Assembly: GCA_016217925.1 (NCBI GenBank)
Contig: JACRFK010000003.1
Location: forward strand, 271,656 to 335,655
DNA: 64,000 nt
Origin: Candidatus Kaiserbacteria bacterium
Lineage (GTDB): Bacteria > Patescibacteriota > Minisyncoccia > Phycocordibacterales > UBA2100
Reading direction: 5' to 3'
The position numbers and the translations under genes are program-made. Each line of letters opens with the position of its first letter. Position 1 is the first letter of the stretch. The notes below the pieces were generated by a model, which saw nothing but the letters and a program-made list of their open reading frames with translations, did not search any database and had not been told where the DNA came from. Below are positions 8,849-20,130 of the stretch, piece after piece.

Positions 8849-10429
8849 ATGTCGTTTGGCTTACCGCAAGGTATAATCGATTTTTTTGATGTCGACAAAG
8901 CGATCGCACGAATAAAAAATGACCTCCAATCGGATTTCATTTACGCACCGCATTTGAATGCCATATACGCATTAGCGAAAACCGAACTACAGGCGGGACT
9001 CTTTGGAAAACTTGCAACTGGGACTTTTGACCCAAGTCTACCTGTTACTATTGAGGTGCCAAAAGCATCCGGGCTGGGAAGACCCGGATCCATACTCCTC
9101 CCCTACGAACGGTTAATCTATCAGCTTGTTGTCGATGATATCGCGGTAACTGCGGACCTTAATCTGGACAGGACTAGCGTGTTCAGTAATAAGCTGTTAA
9201 CGGCAGACCCCAATGGGTTTATGTTCGAACCCACGGGGGATTGTTATGCAGAATATAAGACCGCAATAGCAAGGCACGCCCAGAATCCGAGGTTTTCACA
9301 CGTGATACAGACCGACATAGTATCTCATTTTCAGAATTTAAATCAGCACAACTTAATTAACTTACTTACATCAGCTGGATGCAATGCTGACGAGGCAAAA
9401 TTTCTTGAAAGAATGCTTTCTCAACTTGCTGAAAAAAGTTCACGAGGGATTATTCAAGGTGTTATGCCCTCTGACTTCTTGGGGAACTTCTCTCTGTGCT
9501 CGATAGACGGTCAACTTGCCGTCAATGGTCTAACTTTTGCTCGGTACGTGGACGATATCTCCATCTTTCTAAACGGCGAACAGGAATGCCGATCGGTTAA
9601 ATTGAAGTTGTCGCACTGGCTGCGTAAAGAAGGCTTGGACTTGAGTGAAGCAAAAACAAAGGTGCTGCCGGTAGCCGCTTTCCTTCAAGAAGAGACGCGG
9701 GTCGAGCAGATGTTTGATGAAGCAAAGGACGAACTGTCCGGGTCGTTCGATAGAAATGATTTTTATCGATCAGCAATTTCGTGGGACTTTCCGCAGGACG
9801 ACGACGAGGAGGCGGATGACCAAGAGGTGATTTTGTTGGCCACACGAAATCTATTCGACATGAATGTTGATGTTTCAGTAAAGGATAAAATCGATAAGTT
9901 TTGTATTCCAACATTCATCGCATCGTTCGATGATTACGCGATTAATGCTCTCCTAACAAGATTCATTTCTCGACCTCACTTAGCACAGTTATATGCGAAA
10001 TATTTCCGAAGAATGATTACAGTTGGCCATTTGAATGCAGCTCGACTTGAACCATTACTAGCGGATCAAACTATTATTTCGGAATATCAATATATGTGGC
10101 TCTACGCTGCTCTCATGGTTGTAGAGCCAGGCCGAGTCGGCCGACCAAGTATTGCGTTTGCACTCCAACAATACAGAAATGCGAATATTTCCCCTTCGTT
10201 GAGGGCGGTATCTGCAATATTTGTCGCGAAATACGGTACCCCTGTAGAAAAAAGATTAATTAAGGACAGTTATGCCCAAGAACAGTCCGACTACGTGAGA
10301 GCTGCAATTTTATATTCGGCTCGATACTTCACGGCAGCGGAACGTGCAACGTGTTATCGCGCCTGGGGCGGGCATAGCGAACTTAACTCCCTCGTTGTGA
10401 GCGCGTCGAGAAATACTCCCGCCGCTTGA
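8849..10429 (+). CDS. Reverse transcriptase, unclassified (Abi/UG-like), with ~240-aa alpha-helical C-terminal extension
   Basis: RT motifs 1-2 (IEVPKASGLGRPGSILLPYERLIYQLVVDDI), 3 (HVIQTDIVSHFQNLN), 4 (GIIQGVMPSDFLGNF), C (YVDD in FARYVDDISIF) and 7 (KTKVLPV). No maturase, retron VTG or nitrilase/HEPN domain was seen. GC is lower than the surroundings. Confidence 0.75.
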   Translation: MSFGLPQGIIDFFDVDKAIARIKNDLQSDFIYAPHLNAIYALAKTELQAGLFGKLATGTFDPSLPVTIEVPKASGLGRPGSILLPYERLIYQLVVDDIAVTADLNLDRTSVFSNKLLTADPNGFMFEPTGDCYAEYKTAIARHAQNPRFSHVIQTDIVSHFQNLNQHNLINLLTSAGCNADEAKFLERMLSQLAEKSSRGIIQGVMPSDFLGNFSLCSIDGQLAVNGLTFARYVDDISIFLNGEQECRSVKLKLSHWLRKEGLDLSEAKTKVLPVAAFLQEETRVEQMFDEAKDELSGSFDRNDFYRSAISWDFPQDDDEEADDQEVILLATRNLFDMNVDVSVKDKIDKFCIPTFIASFDDYAINALLTRFISRPHLAQLYAKYFRRMITVGHLNAARLEPLLADQTIISEYQYMWLYAALMVVEPGRVGRPSIAFALQQYRNANISPSLRAVSAIFVAKYGTPVEKRLIKDSYAQEQSDYVRAAILYSARYFTAAERATCYRAWGGHSELNSLVVSASRNTPAA

Positions 10430-10438
10430 AGTTTGGTC

Positions 10439-11737
<1,299 letters not shown>

Positions 11738-11810
11738 CCTCCTCTTCTTCGAGGGTTACTCATGCACACAGAGTCTTACCACTCTCGAGCTTGCCTTACT
11801 CTTTTCCTCC

Positions 11811-11850
11811 GAAGGAGGACCCTCCTCTGGAGGGCAAAATAAGCCGCAGG
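11811..11850 (+). repeat. Family A mini-element, divergent intergenic copy between rpoD and dnaG
   Basis: ttttcctccgaaggaggaccctcctctggagggcaaaa. Confidence 0.55.
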
Positions 11851-11868
11851 AAGACCAAGCGCAGCAGT

Positions 11869-13665
11869 CTACACGTTCTCGTGCAGTTGCGCAATGCGAG
11901 TTGTCAACAGTTTACACACACCCATGAGCCGAGTCACCTCCTCCTCGTCCTTCCCGTTTTCAGCCTTCTTTAGAGCCATGGTAGCGTCATCGAGCTCGGC
12001 GGCGAGAAGTTCTTTGAGGATAACTACGAGCAGGGCTTTGGTCTCGCGTTCAGGGTTCGTACTTTTGCCGTGCAGTTTTTCGGCGGAAAATCGGAGCGCC
12101 TCCCGCTCGCTTTCGGTGAGCGTGGAGAGGCTTGCAAAGGCCTCCGGCCCTATCGCCGTCTCAAGTTCGGTCGCATATGCCGCGACATCTATCGAGGGCT
12201 TCTCCAGTGATTGCTGCCACAGGAGTATGGAGAAAGCCTGGCGGGCGCGGCTCGACGCACGGGTGCTTCGCCACGATGTTTTTGGATCAACTTTCGGCAC
12301 GGAGGCCGGAGCGACCGCACTTGCCGGGCCCGGTGAGGTTGGAAGCTTCCCAAGCGCTTCGCCGACCGCTGATTCGGAGACTCCGAGCCTTCGCGCTATC
12401 TCGTGCACATGCTGTTCGCGCGCTATCGGACTTTGCACATCGGACAGAAACGGCAGCACTATCGTTTCTACCGCGCGCCGGAAGCGATCCTTCTGGGGCA
12501 GATGCTCTTCAAGCACTTCGAGGAGGAATAGGATGATGTCTTTTGAATCTCGTATCGCTTTTTTCCACGCATCCGCGCCTTCTTTTCCTCCTGAGGAGGA
12601 TCCGCCTCCGGCGGACTGAATTAAATCCGCAGGGTCGAGCCCCGTCGGCAGCCGCGCGACTTTTACGTTGAGCCCACCTTGGAGCGCGGTGCGCGCAGCG
12701 CGTCCCGCCGCCTTGATACCCGCCTCATCAGCATCGAGCGCGAGCACGAGGTTGTCCGTCATGCGGCGAATGAGGGCTGCATGCTCAGGCGTAAACGCCG
12801 TGCCCGAGACGGCGACGGTATTCGCCCACCCGGCCTGGTGCGAGGCCAGCAGGTCCATCTGACCTTCCACCAGAACCGCGCAATTGAGCTTCCGGATGGC
12901 GACTTTTGCCCTATCAAAGCCATATAATACGCGGGATTTGTGGAAAAGCGGCGTCTCGGGGCTGTTGAGGTACTTGGGCGCATCGGGCGAGGCTGCCTCG
13001 CCGAAGATGCGGCCGGAAAAGCCGACGACGCGGCCCGCGGAGTCGGCAATGGGAAAGATGATGCGGTAGCGGAAGTTGTCGGTGAGAGAGCCCCGTTCGT
13101 TCTTCTTGGCGACACCCGCTTCGAGCATCTCCCGCTCGGTATATTTTCCTCCGGAGGAGGATCCGCCTCCGGCGGATTTCATTTTCAAATAATCGGAAAG
13201 TTCGGACCAACTATCCCCCGCGAGACCGAGACGGAATGATTGTATGGTCGCATCGGTCATGCCGCGCCCTTTCAGGTACTTCTTCGCCGCATCGTTGAGG
13301 CGTGAGGTATAAAAAATCGTTGCAGTCTCCAAAAGCTCGAACAGTCGCTCGCGTTCGTCTTTCTTCTCTTTGCCGCCGCGTTCGTAGACCAACTCTACTC
13401 CCGCCTTTTCCGCGAGCACTTTGAGCGCACCTTTGAAGTCGAGGCCCTCGATAGCTTCGACAAAAGAAAAAATATCCCCGCCGACGTTGCAGCCGAAACA
13501 GTGATACGTGCCCCGCTCCGGCGACACATGGAAAGAGGGCGTTCGCTCCGCGTGAAAAGGACACCGCGCGCGCAAGGAAGCGCCCGCGCGCTGCAGCTTC
13601 ACGTATTGCGACACCACGTCGACGATCGAGAGCCTATCTTTGATTTGTTGTACCGTATCCGCCAT
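11869..13665 (-). CDS. dnaG: DNA primase DnaG with two in-frame mini-element insertions
   Basis: Zinc finger CPFHAERTPSFHVSPERGTYHCFGCNVGGD; TOPRIM EGQMDLL...ALDADEAG. Insertions SAGGGSSSGGKYTE and SAGGGSSSGGKEGA. Confidence 0.85.
   Translation of the reverse strand: MADTVQQIKDRLSIVDVVSQYVKLQRAGASLRARCPFHAERTPSFHVSPERGTYHCFGCNVGGDIFSFVEAIEGLDFKGALKVLAEKAGVELVYERGGKEKKDERERLFELLETATIFYTSRLNDAAKKYLKGRGMTDATIQSFRLGLAGDSWSELSDYLKMKSAGGGSSSGGKYTEREMLEAGVAKKNERGSLTDNFRYRIIFPIADSAGRVVGFSGRIFGEAASPDAPKYLNSPETPLFHKSRVLYGFDRAKVAIRKLNCAVLVEGQMDLLASHQAGWANTVAVSGTAFTPEHAALIRRMTDNLVLALDADEAGIKAAGRAARTALQGGLNVKVARLPTGLDPADLIQSAGGGSSSGGKEGADAWKKAIRDSKDIILFLLEVLEEHLPQKDRFRRAVETIVLPFLSDVQSPIAREQHVHEIARRLGVSESAVGEALGKLPTSPGPASAVAPASVPKVDPKTSWRSTRASSRARQAFSILLWQQSLEKPSIDVAAYATELETAIGPEAFASLSTLTESEREALRFSAEKLHGKSTNPERETKALLVVILKELLAAELDDATMALKKAENGKDEEEVTRLMGVCKLLTTRIAQLHENV
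12581..12620 (+). repeat. Family A mini-element copy in dnaG
   Basis: tcttttcctcctgaggaggatccgcctccggcggactgaa. Confidence 0.75.
13141..13180 (+). repeat. Family A mini-element copy in dnaG
   Basis: atattttcctccggaggaggatccgcctccggcggatttc, the consensus copy. Confidence 0.75.
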
Positions 13666-14048
13666 GACTCCCCATTATGCGATGCTTCCGTCTGCATTGC
13701 ACGACAATCTCTAATGTGTTAGTTTTCCCGTGGCAAACCCGCCGCAGATTCTCTGGGGAAGAGAACAAATGCCCAAAACATCGTCTCTGCATCCAAGCGA
13801 GATTGGCCAACTGGCCGTAACGATTTCGAGAAACCCTGACGGGACCCTCTCGTACCGGGTTATAGCTGCTCGCCACCCCGTCGGCGCACCCGAGAACTAT
13901 TCAACAGGAGGCCCTGTGCGATCTTTCCAAGCTGCGCTTGCTGAAGTCCGTACGCAGCTCAACTCCTCGTGAACAGCTTGTCGCTGTTCACCGAGAATCA
14001 AAGCGCCGCCCTAACGGACGGCGCTTTGCTCTATTTACACTCCTAAAG

Positions 14049-14106
14049 GGCTACCGCTCAACTGACTCCTTGCGGCTCTGGCTTTCAGGCACTTCTTCGG
14101 GTGCGG
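14049..14106 (-). repeat. Displaced duplicate of the rpoC 3' end (57 bp), candidate att-type direct repeat
   Basis: About 90% identical to 16391-16448. On the minus strand it encodes [17 protein letters not shown]-stop. All differences from the rpoC copy fall at third codon positions. Confidence 0.6.
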
Positions 14107-14114
14107 TTAGGTCT

Positions 14115-14150
14115 ATTGTTTATCTCGTCCGGCCGGATAAATTAAACAAT
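14115..14150 (+). repeat. 36-nt hairpin element ATTGTTTATCTCGTCCGGCCGGATAAATTAAACAAT (direct repeat 1)
   Basis: 8-bp stem ATTGTTTA/TAAACAAT around an inner TCCGGCCGGA palindrome. 7 nt from the stop of the 14158..14745 gene. Confidence 0.5.
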
Positions 14151-14157
14151 AAGAGCT

Positions 14158-14745
14158 TCATTCGGGCAGGAGGCCAAATTCCTTTCGCAGAGGAGCATCG
14201 TACTCAATCGCATCTGCAATGATGTAAAGTAAGTCTTTACCGATGTGCAATTCCGCTTTGAGAAGAGCCACTGCCTCCTCGCAGTCGTACGGATACGCCC
14301 AAACACTGTCTTGTAGACGGACAAAGCCGAACCCTGCAACGATTCCCCGCGCCCGTGCACGAAGGACATGTTTCTTTTCAGGAATATCAAAGATGACCAA
14401 CCGCCATTTGCCATCCCATCGACTCGGCCTGGGCAACGGGCCGAAGGATACAAGAGATCCGAGTCTTTTCCTCCCCTTCTCAGTTATACGCAAGTAGACC
14501 CGGCCATGGTCACGCACGAATTCGACAAAACCTTTATTCTTGAGCCGGTAGGTCGCCTCGCGAACGCGTTGTTTAGGGTCACGCTTTGCGATCCAGTCGG
14601 GGTCAAGATGCTTGAGAAGCCGCAGTGCATTGGGCGCCGCCATCGCTACGAGACCGATGCCGGCAATCGCGAGTCCGGAGAGGATTGCCTGCTCAATCTG
14701 TCCGCGTCGTGTACCTTTCTTCGAGGTCCGCTCCATTCTTCCCAT
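14158..14745 (-). CDS. PaaX-like winged-helix regulator (PaaX_C/Cas2-like C-terminal motif)
   Basis: WDGKWRLVIFDIPEKKHVLRARARGIVAGFGFVRLQDSVWAYP matches the PaaX C-terminal signature. Precisely flanked by the 36-nt hairpin repeats. Confidence 0.5.
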   Translation of the reverse strand: MGRMERTSKKGTRRGQIEQAILSGLAIAGIGLVAMAAPNALRLLKHLDPDWIAKRDPKQRVREATYRLKNKGFVEFVRDHGRVYLRITEKGRKRLGSLVSFGPLPRPSRWDGKWRLVIFDIPEKKHVLRARARGIVAGFGFVRLQDSVWAYPYDCEEAVALLKAELHIGKDLLYIIADAIEYDAPLRKEFGLLPE

Positions 14746-14781
14746 ATTGTTTATCTTATCCGGTCGGATGCGTTAAACAAT
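14746..14781 (+). repeat. 36-nt hairpin element (direct repeat 2), abutting the start codon of the PaaX-like gene
   Basis: attgtttatcttatccggtcggatgcgttaaacaat. Confidence 0.5.
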
Positions 14782-14882
14782 GGAGGTTTTCCACACTAGA
14801 TATACACCCGCAGATGTTCATAAAACAAAGAAGGGCAGCCCGTGAGCCGCCCCTCCTTAACCTCTCAACGTTTTGCGGGTTT

Positions 14883-15350
14883 CTACCGCGTACACCGTGT
14901 CTTGACCCCGGCCGCGATATGCGTGAGGGCATCGACGATTGCTTTTCGCTTCACGTTGCCCTTCTTGAAGACCATCACGGTCTCGGGCGCGCCGCGGAAC
15001 CATCGGACAAGAACGGCGACTTTGCCGTTCTCCACCTCGACAACATGGCCCGATAGATCCGGCTGATGCCGGGGCTCGAAAGCGTGTTGGGACGACCCAA
15101 AGCCTGAACATGCGTGCTTGATGATGTCACGCTCCAGGTCGTCGCTCTTCACTTCTTGCAGCAAACGCAACAATGGGCTTGTCGACACACCAGGCTGTTG
15201 CCAGCCATGCATGCCCATCACACTTTCGGCACCTGTAGCCGAGTCGGGCGACAGTGTGCGCGGCCTGGGCTGCTGTCCTGCAGTCGTCATCTTGGTATTC
15301 CCCCTTTTTTCCGCTGGATAGGGTCTAATTCCCCTCCAGTCCGCAGGCAC
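14883..15350 (-). CDS. Hypothetical protein (islet cargo)
   Basis: ORF only; no motif recognised. Confidence 0.3.
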   Translation of the reverse strand: MPADWRGIRPYPAEKRGNTKMTTAGQQPRPRTLSPDSATGAESVMGMHGWQQPGVSTSPLLRLLQEVKSDDLERDIIKHACSGFGSSQHAFEPRHQPDLSGHVVEVENGKVAVLVRWFRGAPETVMVFKKGNVKRKAIVDALTHIAAGVKTRCTR

Positions 15351-15436
15351 TATGCCACTTAATTACGTATCAGGCAATTACCGCTCATTTGTTATGCTCT
15401 TTTGAGGGGCAATGGTAAATTTGTCGCACTTGAACT

Positions 15437-15793
15437 ATGCCGCCTAAGAATCCTTTAGGGTTTGGAGAAAGAATGTTGCGCCAACGGGCGAAAGAGGGCG
15501 GAAAATCCCGGGAGCAGATGACTGCGGAGCGGGACCAAAAGATGTATATCTCGAATTTATTGCGGGAAAACAAGACAAACATTGACGGGCAGTGGAAAGA
15601 GGCGCGGGACAGGAAAGTGGGCGCCTTTATTATCACAGCTGACCACCTCACAGCGAACGGGCTTCTTTCGGACATGGAAGTAGCCACCGTTATCCGCAGA
15701 TGGATGTTTGACACGTATGGCGACCAACTCGCCCTGGACAGATACGACGGCGCGACCGGGCATATACGATTTCTGGTTTCCGAGTCTGAATAG
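15437..15793 (+). CDS. Hypothetical protein (islet cargo)
   Basis: ORF only. Confidence 0.3.
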   Translation: MPPKNPLGFGERMLRQRAKEGGKSREQMTAERDQKMYISNLLRENKTNIDGQWKEARDRKVGAFIITADHLTANGLLSDMEVATVIRRWMFDTYGDQLALDRYDGATGHIRFLVSESE

Positions 15794-15889
15794 GAACTGA
15801 CCGCAGCCCCCTTTGCGGCAAGCATTAAAATACGCCGCCCCGGGCCTGCTCAGCGGCCCGGGGCGATGTCGAGGTCACATACTGCGAGA

Positions 15890-16312
15890 TTACTTGGCGT
15901 CCATCGCGTCGCACGCTTCATGTGCGAGGCCGCAGGTAAATGCGCGCAGGGCGACATGGACATTGCCGTGCGTGACGTCGCCTTGCATGCGCACCTCGAT
16001 GTTGTGATTGGGCCGATCGCGGTACGGGACGAGAATCATTATCCGCCCCCGCGTGGGGCCCATGCCCCAACCGCATACGACTGCATCGCGCCATGGACCA
16101 CCCGCGTCGGACTTGGGAACGACCGATTCGCGGGGAATATAGTTCTTGGCGTGGCCCATAGCCTTGCGTAGCATCCGGCCCGTGGCTTCGGGTCCGCGGC
16201 ACATCCGCAGTAGCATCGGCGGAATGTGGCCGTCGTACACCTTCCAGTCGGCCTCTGCCGGCGGAGGGTTCGCAGCGGCAGCTGCCGCTGCCGTGGGTTG
16301 CGTTTTGTGCAT
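15890..16312 (-). CDS. Hypothetical protein (islet cargo), Ala-rich N-terminus; possible peptidase-like His/Asp pattern
   Basis: ORF; weak H..D..H pattern (HGNVHVALRAF...LAHEACD). Confidence 0.3.
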   Translation of the reverse strand: MHKTQPTAAAAAAANPPPAEADWKVYDGHIPPMLLRMCRGPEATGRMLRKAMGHAKNYIPRESVVPKSDAGGPWRDAVVCGWGMGPTRGRIMILVPYRDRPNHNIEVRMQGDVTHGNVHVALRAFTCGLAHEACDAMDAK

Positions 16313-16390
16313 TGACGTGTCCTCGGTTCAAAAGCACACAGGGCTATCCCCTGTTGCTCGGGGCTTCTTATATCACATCCGGCGGGCAGA

Positions 16391-16448
16391 GGCTACCGCT
16401 CGACAGACTCCTTGCGACTCTGGCTTTCGGGCACTTCCACGGGTGCCG
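16391..16448 (-). repeat. rpoC 3'-terminal 57 bp, partner of the 14049-14106 direct repeat
   Basis: Encodes the rpoC C-terminal [20 protein letters not shown]. Confidence 0.6.
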
Positions 16449-19400
16449 CAGCGGCGAACTCAGCTTCCATTTGTTCTATCATCGCGTGCTTCTTGCTTCC
16501 CTTGAATCCGGTACCGGCGGGAATAAGGCGGCCAATGATGACATTTTCCTTGAGACCCACGAGGCGGTCCACGGCGCCCGAAACGGCGGCCTCGGCGAGT
16601 TTGCGCGGAGTGTTCTGGAAGGAGATGGCCGAAAGGAAGGACGCACGTGTGAGGGATACTTCGGTAATACCGAGCAGGAGCTGTTTGCCTTTAGCCGGCT
16701 CGCCTTCCACTTCTTTCTGCACTTTGTTGATACGTTCGAATTCGAAGTCGGCGACGATTTCCCCTGCGGAGACCCCCGTGTCGCCGGAAGTCGTGACGGA
16801 TACGCGCGAGAACATCTGTTTGACGATAACCTCCAAATGCTTGCGGCCGGTGGATACTCCCTGGAGCTCGTAGATGCGCGTGATTTCGTTGATGATGTAT
16901 TGCTGTGCACGCTCCTTGCCCGCGAGCAGGAAAAGCTCTTCGAGGTCGGCGGAGCCGTCGGTGAGGAAGTCGCCCTTTTCTACCTTGGCGCCCTTCTTCA
17001 CCAAGATGGTGCGGAGCGGATGCACGCGGTATTCGGTCTCTTTCTTTTGGGCTTTTGCGGTCTTGGCAAGTGAAGCGACATCCGGGACGATGGTGATGAC
17101 CGTCTCAGCTCCGTCCTTCTCGATATCGGCAATGATGCCCGTAACGCGCGAGATGGTGGCGGGGAGCTTGGGTGCGCGCGTCTCGAAGACTTCCTCGACG
17201 CGCGGCAGACCCATGGTGATGTCTCCGCCTGCGGTGGCGACGCCTCCCGTGTGGAAGGTACGCATCGTGAGCTGAGTTCCCGGCTCGCCGATGGCTTGCG
17301 CGGCGATGACGCCTATTGCTTCACCCACGTCCACAATCTCGCCGGTCGTGAGGTCCATGCCGTAGCACTTCTGGCAGACGCCGCGTGCGACTTTGCATGT
17401 CATAGGCGAGCGCACAGTAACTTCTGTCGCCTTGCTTTCTTCGACAGCTTTAGCATCGTCGCGATTCAAGAGGTGGTTGCGCTTTCCGCCGAAGGCGGAT
17501 CCGCCTCTGGCGGAGAAGCCCTCAATATCTGCGGCAAGTACGCGGCCGTTCACGCGGTCGGCAAAAGAGCCGCCGATGTTCTCTTTGCCGGGACGATTGA
17601 TGACGACCCCCTCTTTGGTGCCGCAGTCATTTTCGAGAACGACGACGTCGTGCGCGACGTCGAAGAGACGGCGTGTGAGATACCCGGCGCGTGCCGTGTT
17701 GAGCGCGGTGTCGGCAAGACCTTTGCGCGCACCGTGCGTCGAGATGAAGTATTCGATTGGGGTGAGACCTTCTTTCAAGCTAGAGGTGATGGGGAATTCG
17801 ATGATCTCTCCGCGCGGGTTGGTGATGAGGCCTTTCATACCCACCATTTGGTGAAGCTGGACGACGGAACCGCGGGCACCGGAAGTGATCATGTCGTGCA
17901 CGGGACCGGTGCGGTCGAGCGCGTCAACAACGTGCTTGCGCAATTCGCCGGAGACCTTGCCCCAGATCTCAACCGTCATGCGGCGGCGTTCGTCTTCAGT
18001 GAGAAGCCCTTGATTAAAGTTCTCGAGCTCTTTCGCCGCTTGTTCACGTCCCGTTTTTACCATCTCCTCCTTCACGCTTGGAATGACGATGTCCGAGATT
18101 GCCCAGGTGATACCGGCGTAGGTCGCATAGCGGAAGCCGAATGCTTTTATTTTGTCCAAAATGGCGGGGATGCCGTCGAGACTGTAATGCGTAACGAGAT
18201 TTTGCACCAAGGCGCCCATGCGCTTGTTGGTTATTTCTTCGTTCAAGTACGGGAAGTCGTTGGGAAGGACGGAGTTGAAGAGGAGGCGACCGACGGTCGT
18301 CTCGAAAACTTTGCCTTCGTATTGCCCGTATTTCTTATTTTCGGTCGGGAGCACCTTTATCTTGGCGCGCAAGTCCACCGCGCCAAAATCGTGCGCGGTA
18401 ATAGCGGCGTTAGTCGAAGGAAATGCGCTTCCCTCACCTTTCAGACCATCAACGGACTTCGTCATCCAGTAGCATCCCAAGACGATGTCGAGGAGCTTGG
18501 ATGCGACAACGACGTCGCCGCTTCCTGGCTTCAAGATGTTCTTATTGGCGGACATCATCATGCGCGCCTCCATCTGAGCGGCTTCGGAGAGCGGCACGTG
18601 GACGGCCATCGCGTCGCCGTCGAAGTCAGCGTTGTAGGCCGGACAGACGAGCGGGTGTACCTGGATTGCGTTGCCTTCGATTAAGACCGGGCGGAACGCC
18701 TGGATGGACTGGCGGTGCAGCGTCGGCGCGCGGTTCAAGAGTACGTACTTGTCTTTAATCGCTTCTTCGAGAATCGGCCACACTTCAGGAGCTTCGTCTT
18801 CGATAAGACGGCCCGCGCCGCGGATGTTGTAGGCGAGTTCGCGCGCAAGCAAGCCCTGAATGACGAATGGACGGAAAAGTTCGAGCACCATGTGCTTCGG
18901 AAGACCGCATTCGTCGAGTGCCAAGTCCGGACCGACGACGATGACGGAACGGCCCGAGTAGTCCACGCGTTTACCGAGCAGGTTCTGACGGAGATAGCCG
19001 TGCTTACCTTTGAGGTAATCGGCGAGCGATTTCAGCGCGCGGCGGCGGCCTCCGAGGATGCCCAAGACACCTGCGCCGCGGCGCATGGAATTGTCGAGGA
19101 GCGCGTCCACAGCTTCCTGCAGAATGCGCTTTTCGTTGCGGAGGATGACTTCCGGCGCGTGGATGGCGAGCAATCGCTTGAGGCGATTGTTACGGTTGAT
19201 GACGCGGCGGTAGAGGTCGTTGAGGTCCGACGATGCGTGACGGCCGCCTTCGAGGGCGACCATGGGGCGCAGCGCCGGCGGCACGACTGGAAGACGCGTC
19301 ATGAACATCCACTCCGGGCGCACACCCGCGCGCTGCAAGCTCTCGGCGAGGCCGAGGCGTTTGCGGAGTTTGTCGCGGTCCGCGGCACCCGAGTTTTCGT

Positions 19401-20130
19401 ACTCTTCCTTCACCTTCTTGATGAAGACGTTGATGTCGATATTTTTCAAAATACTGTAGAGGGCCTCGGCGCCGATAGCAGCGCGGAACATCGCGCCGTA
19501 TTTGACGGCAAAGAGGTGATACGCAGCCTCGTCGAGGACCACGCCCTGACGGATAGATTCGATCTCCTTCTTCGCTTTCGTCGCGCGCTCTTTGAGGTCG
19601 GTCTTTATTTCAGCAGTCGCGGCGGCTTTGTTCTTGGTCGCAAATTCATGCTCCAATTCCTTGAGAAGGCGCTCGCGTTCTTTCTCATCGACATGCGTGA
19701 CGATGTAGCCCGCGAAGTAGACGACCTTTTCCACTTCTGCAGCCGAAAGGCCGAGCATAAGCGCGATGCGCGAAGGAATACCGCGCAGGAACCAGATGTG
19801 CGAGACAGGGGTCGCCAAGTCGATGTGGCCCATGCGCTCGCGCCGGACGATGGCGCGGGTAATTTCGACACCGCATTTTTCACAGACGATGCCGCGGAAA
19901 CGGATGCCCCGGTATTTCCCGCAGTAACATTCGTAGTCTTTTTCAGGTCCGAAGACACGCTCGTCGAAGAGACCGTTCTTCTCGGGTCGCTGCGTGCGGT
20001 AGTTGATGGTCTCCGGCTTGGTTATCTCACCAAAACTCCACTCATGTACGCGGTCGGGAGAGGCGAGGCGCATTGCGACCGCTTCGAAGTCCTGTGGGAT
20101 GACGTCTTTTTTACGTTGCATAATTTTCAA
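16393..20130 (-). CDS. rpoC: DNA-directed RNA polymerase beta' subunit with in-frame mini-element
   Basis: [12 protein letters not shown] catalytic motif; zinc finger [20 protein letters not shown]. Insertion [13 protein letters not shown] at 17481-17520. Confidence 0.95.
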   Translation of the reverse strand: MKIMQRKKDVIPQDFEAVAMRLASPDRVHEWSFGEITKPETINYRTQRPEKNGLFDERVFGPEKDYECYCGKYRGIRFRGIVCEKCGVEITRAIVRRERMGHIDLATPVSHIWFLRGIPSRIALMLGLSAAEVEKVVYFAGYIVTHVDEKERERLLKELEHEFATKNKAAATAEIKTDLKERATKAKKEIESIRQGVVLDEAAYHLFAVKYGAMFRAAIGAEALYSILKNIDINVFIKKVKEEYENSGAADRDKLRKRLGLAESLQRAGVRPEWMFMTRLPVVPPALRPMVALEGGRHASSDLNDLYRRVINRNNRLKRLLAIHAPEVILRNEKRILQEAVDALLDNSMRRGAGVLGILGGRRRALKSLADYLKGKHGYLRQNLLGKRVDYSGRSVIVVGPDLALDECGLPKHMVLELFRPFVIQGLLARELAYNIRGAGRLIEDEAPEVWPILEEAIKDKYVLLNRAPTLHRQSIQAFRPVLIEGNAIQVHPLVCPAYNADFDGDAMAVHVPLSEAAQMEARMMMSANKNILKPGSGDVVVASKLLDIVLGCYWMTKSVDGLKGEGSAFPSTNAAITAHDFGAVDLRAKIKVLPTENKKYGQYEGKVFETTVGRLLFNSVLPNDFPYLNEEITNKRMGALVQNLVTHYSLDGIPAILDKIKAFGFRYATYAGITWAISDIVIPSVKEEMVKTGREQAAKELENFNQGLLTEDERRRMTVEIWGKVSGELRKHVVDALDRTGPVHDMITSGARGSVVQLHQMVGMKGLITNPRGEIIEFPITSSLKEGLTPIEYFISTHGARKGLADTALNTARAGYLTRRLFDVAHDVVVLENDCGTKEGVVINRPGKENIGGSFADRVNGRVLAADIEGFSARGGSAFGGKRNHLLNRDDAKAVEESKATEVTVRSPMTCKVARGVCQKCYGMDLTTGEIVDVGEAIGVIAAQAIGEPGTQLTMRTFHTGGVATAGGDITMGLPRVEEVFETRAPKLPATISRVTGIIADIEKDGAETVITIVPDVASLAKTAKAQKKETEYRVHPLRTILVKKGAKVEKGDFLTDGSADLEELFLLAGKERAQQYIINEITRIYELQGVSTGRKHLEVIVKQMFSRVSVTTSGDTGVSAGEIVADFEFERINKVQKEVEGEPAKGKQLLLGITEVSLTRASFLSAISFQNTPRKLAEAAVSGAVDRLVGLKENVIIGRLIPAGTGFKGSKKHAMIEQMEAEFAAAAPVEVPESQSRKESVER
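17481..17520 (+). repeat. Family A mini-element copy in rpoC (variant)
   Basis: gctttccgccgaaggcggatccgcctctggcggagaagcc. Confidence 0.65.

Noticed and set aside
13141-13180. The GGATCC-containing Gly/Ser word as a synthetic linker or cloning artefact (GGGS-type linker with a BamHI site)
   Set aside because: Copies carry different point mutations, occur in eight places including an intergenic site, all share one genomic orientation, and share their palindromic core with the REP hairpins flanking a native transposase gene. This fits a natural repeat family better than engineering. Read-level verification is still advisable.
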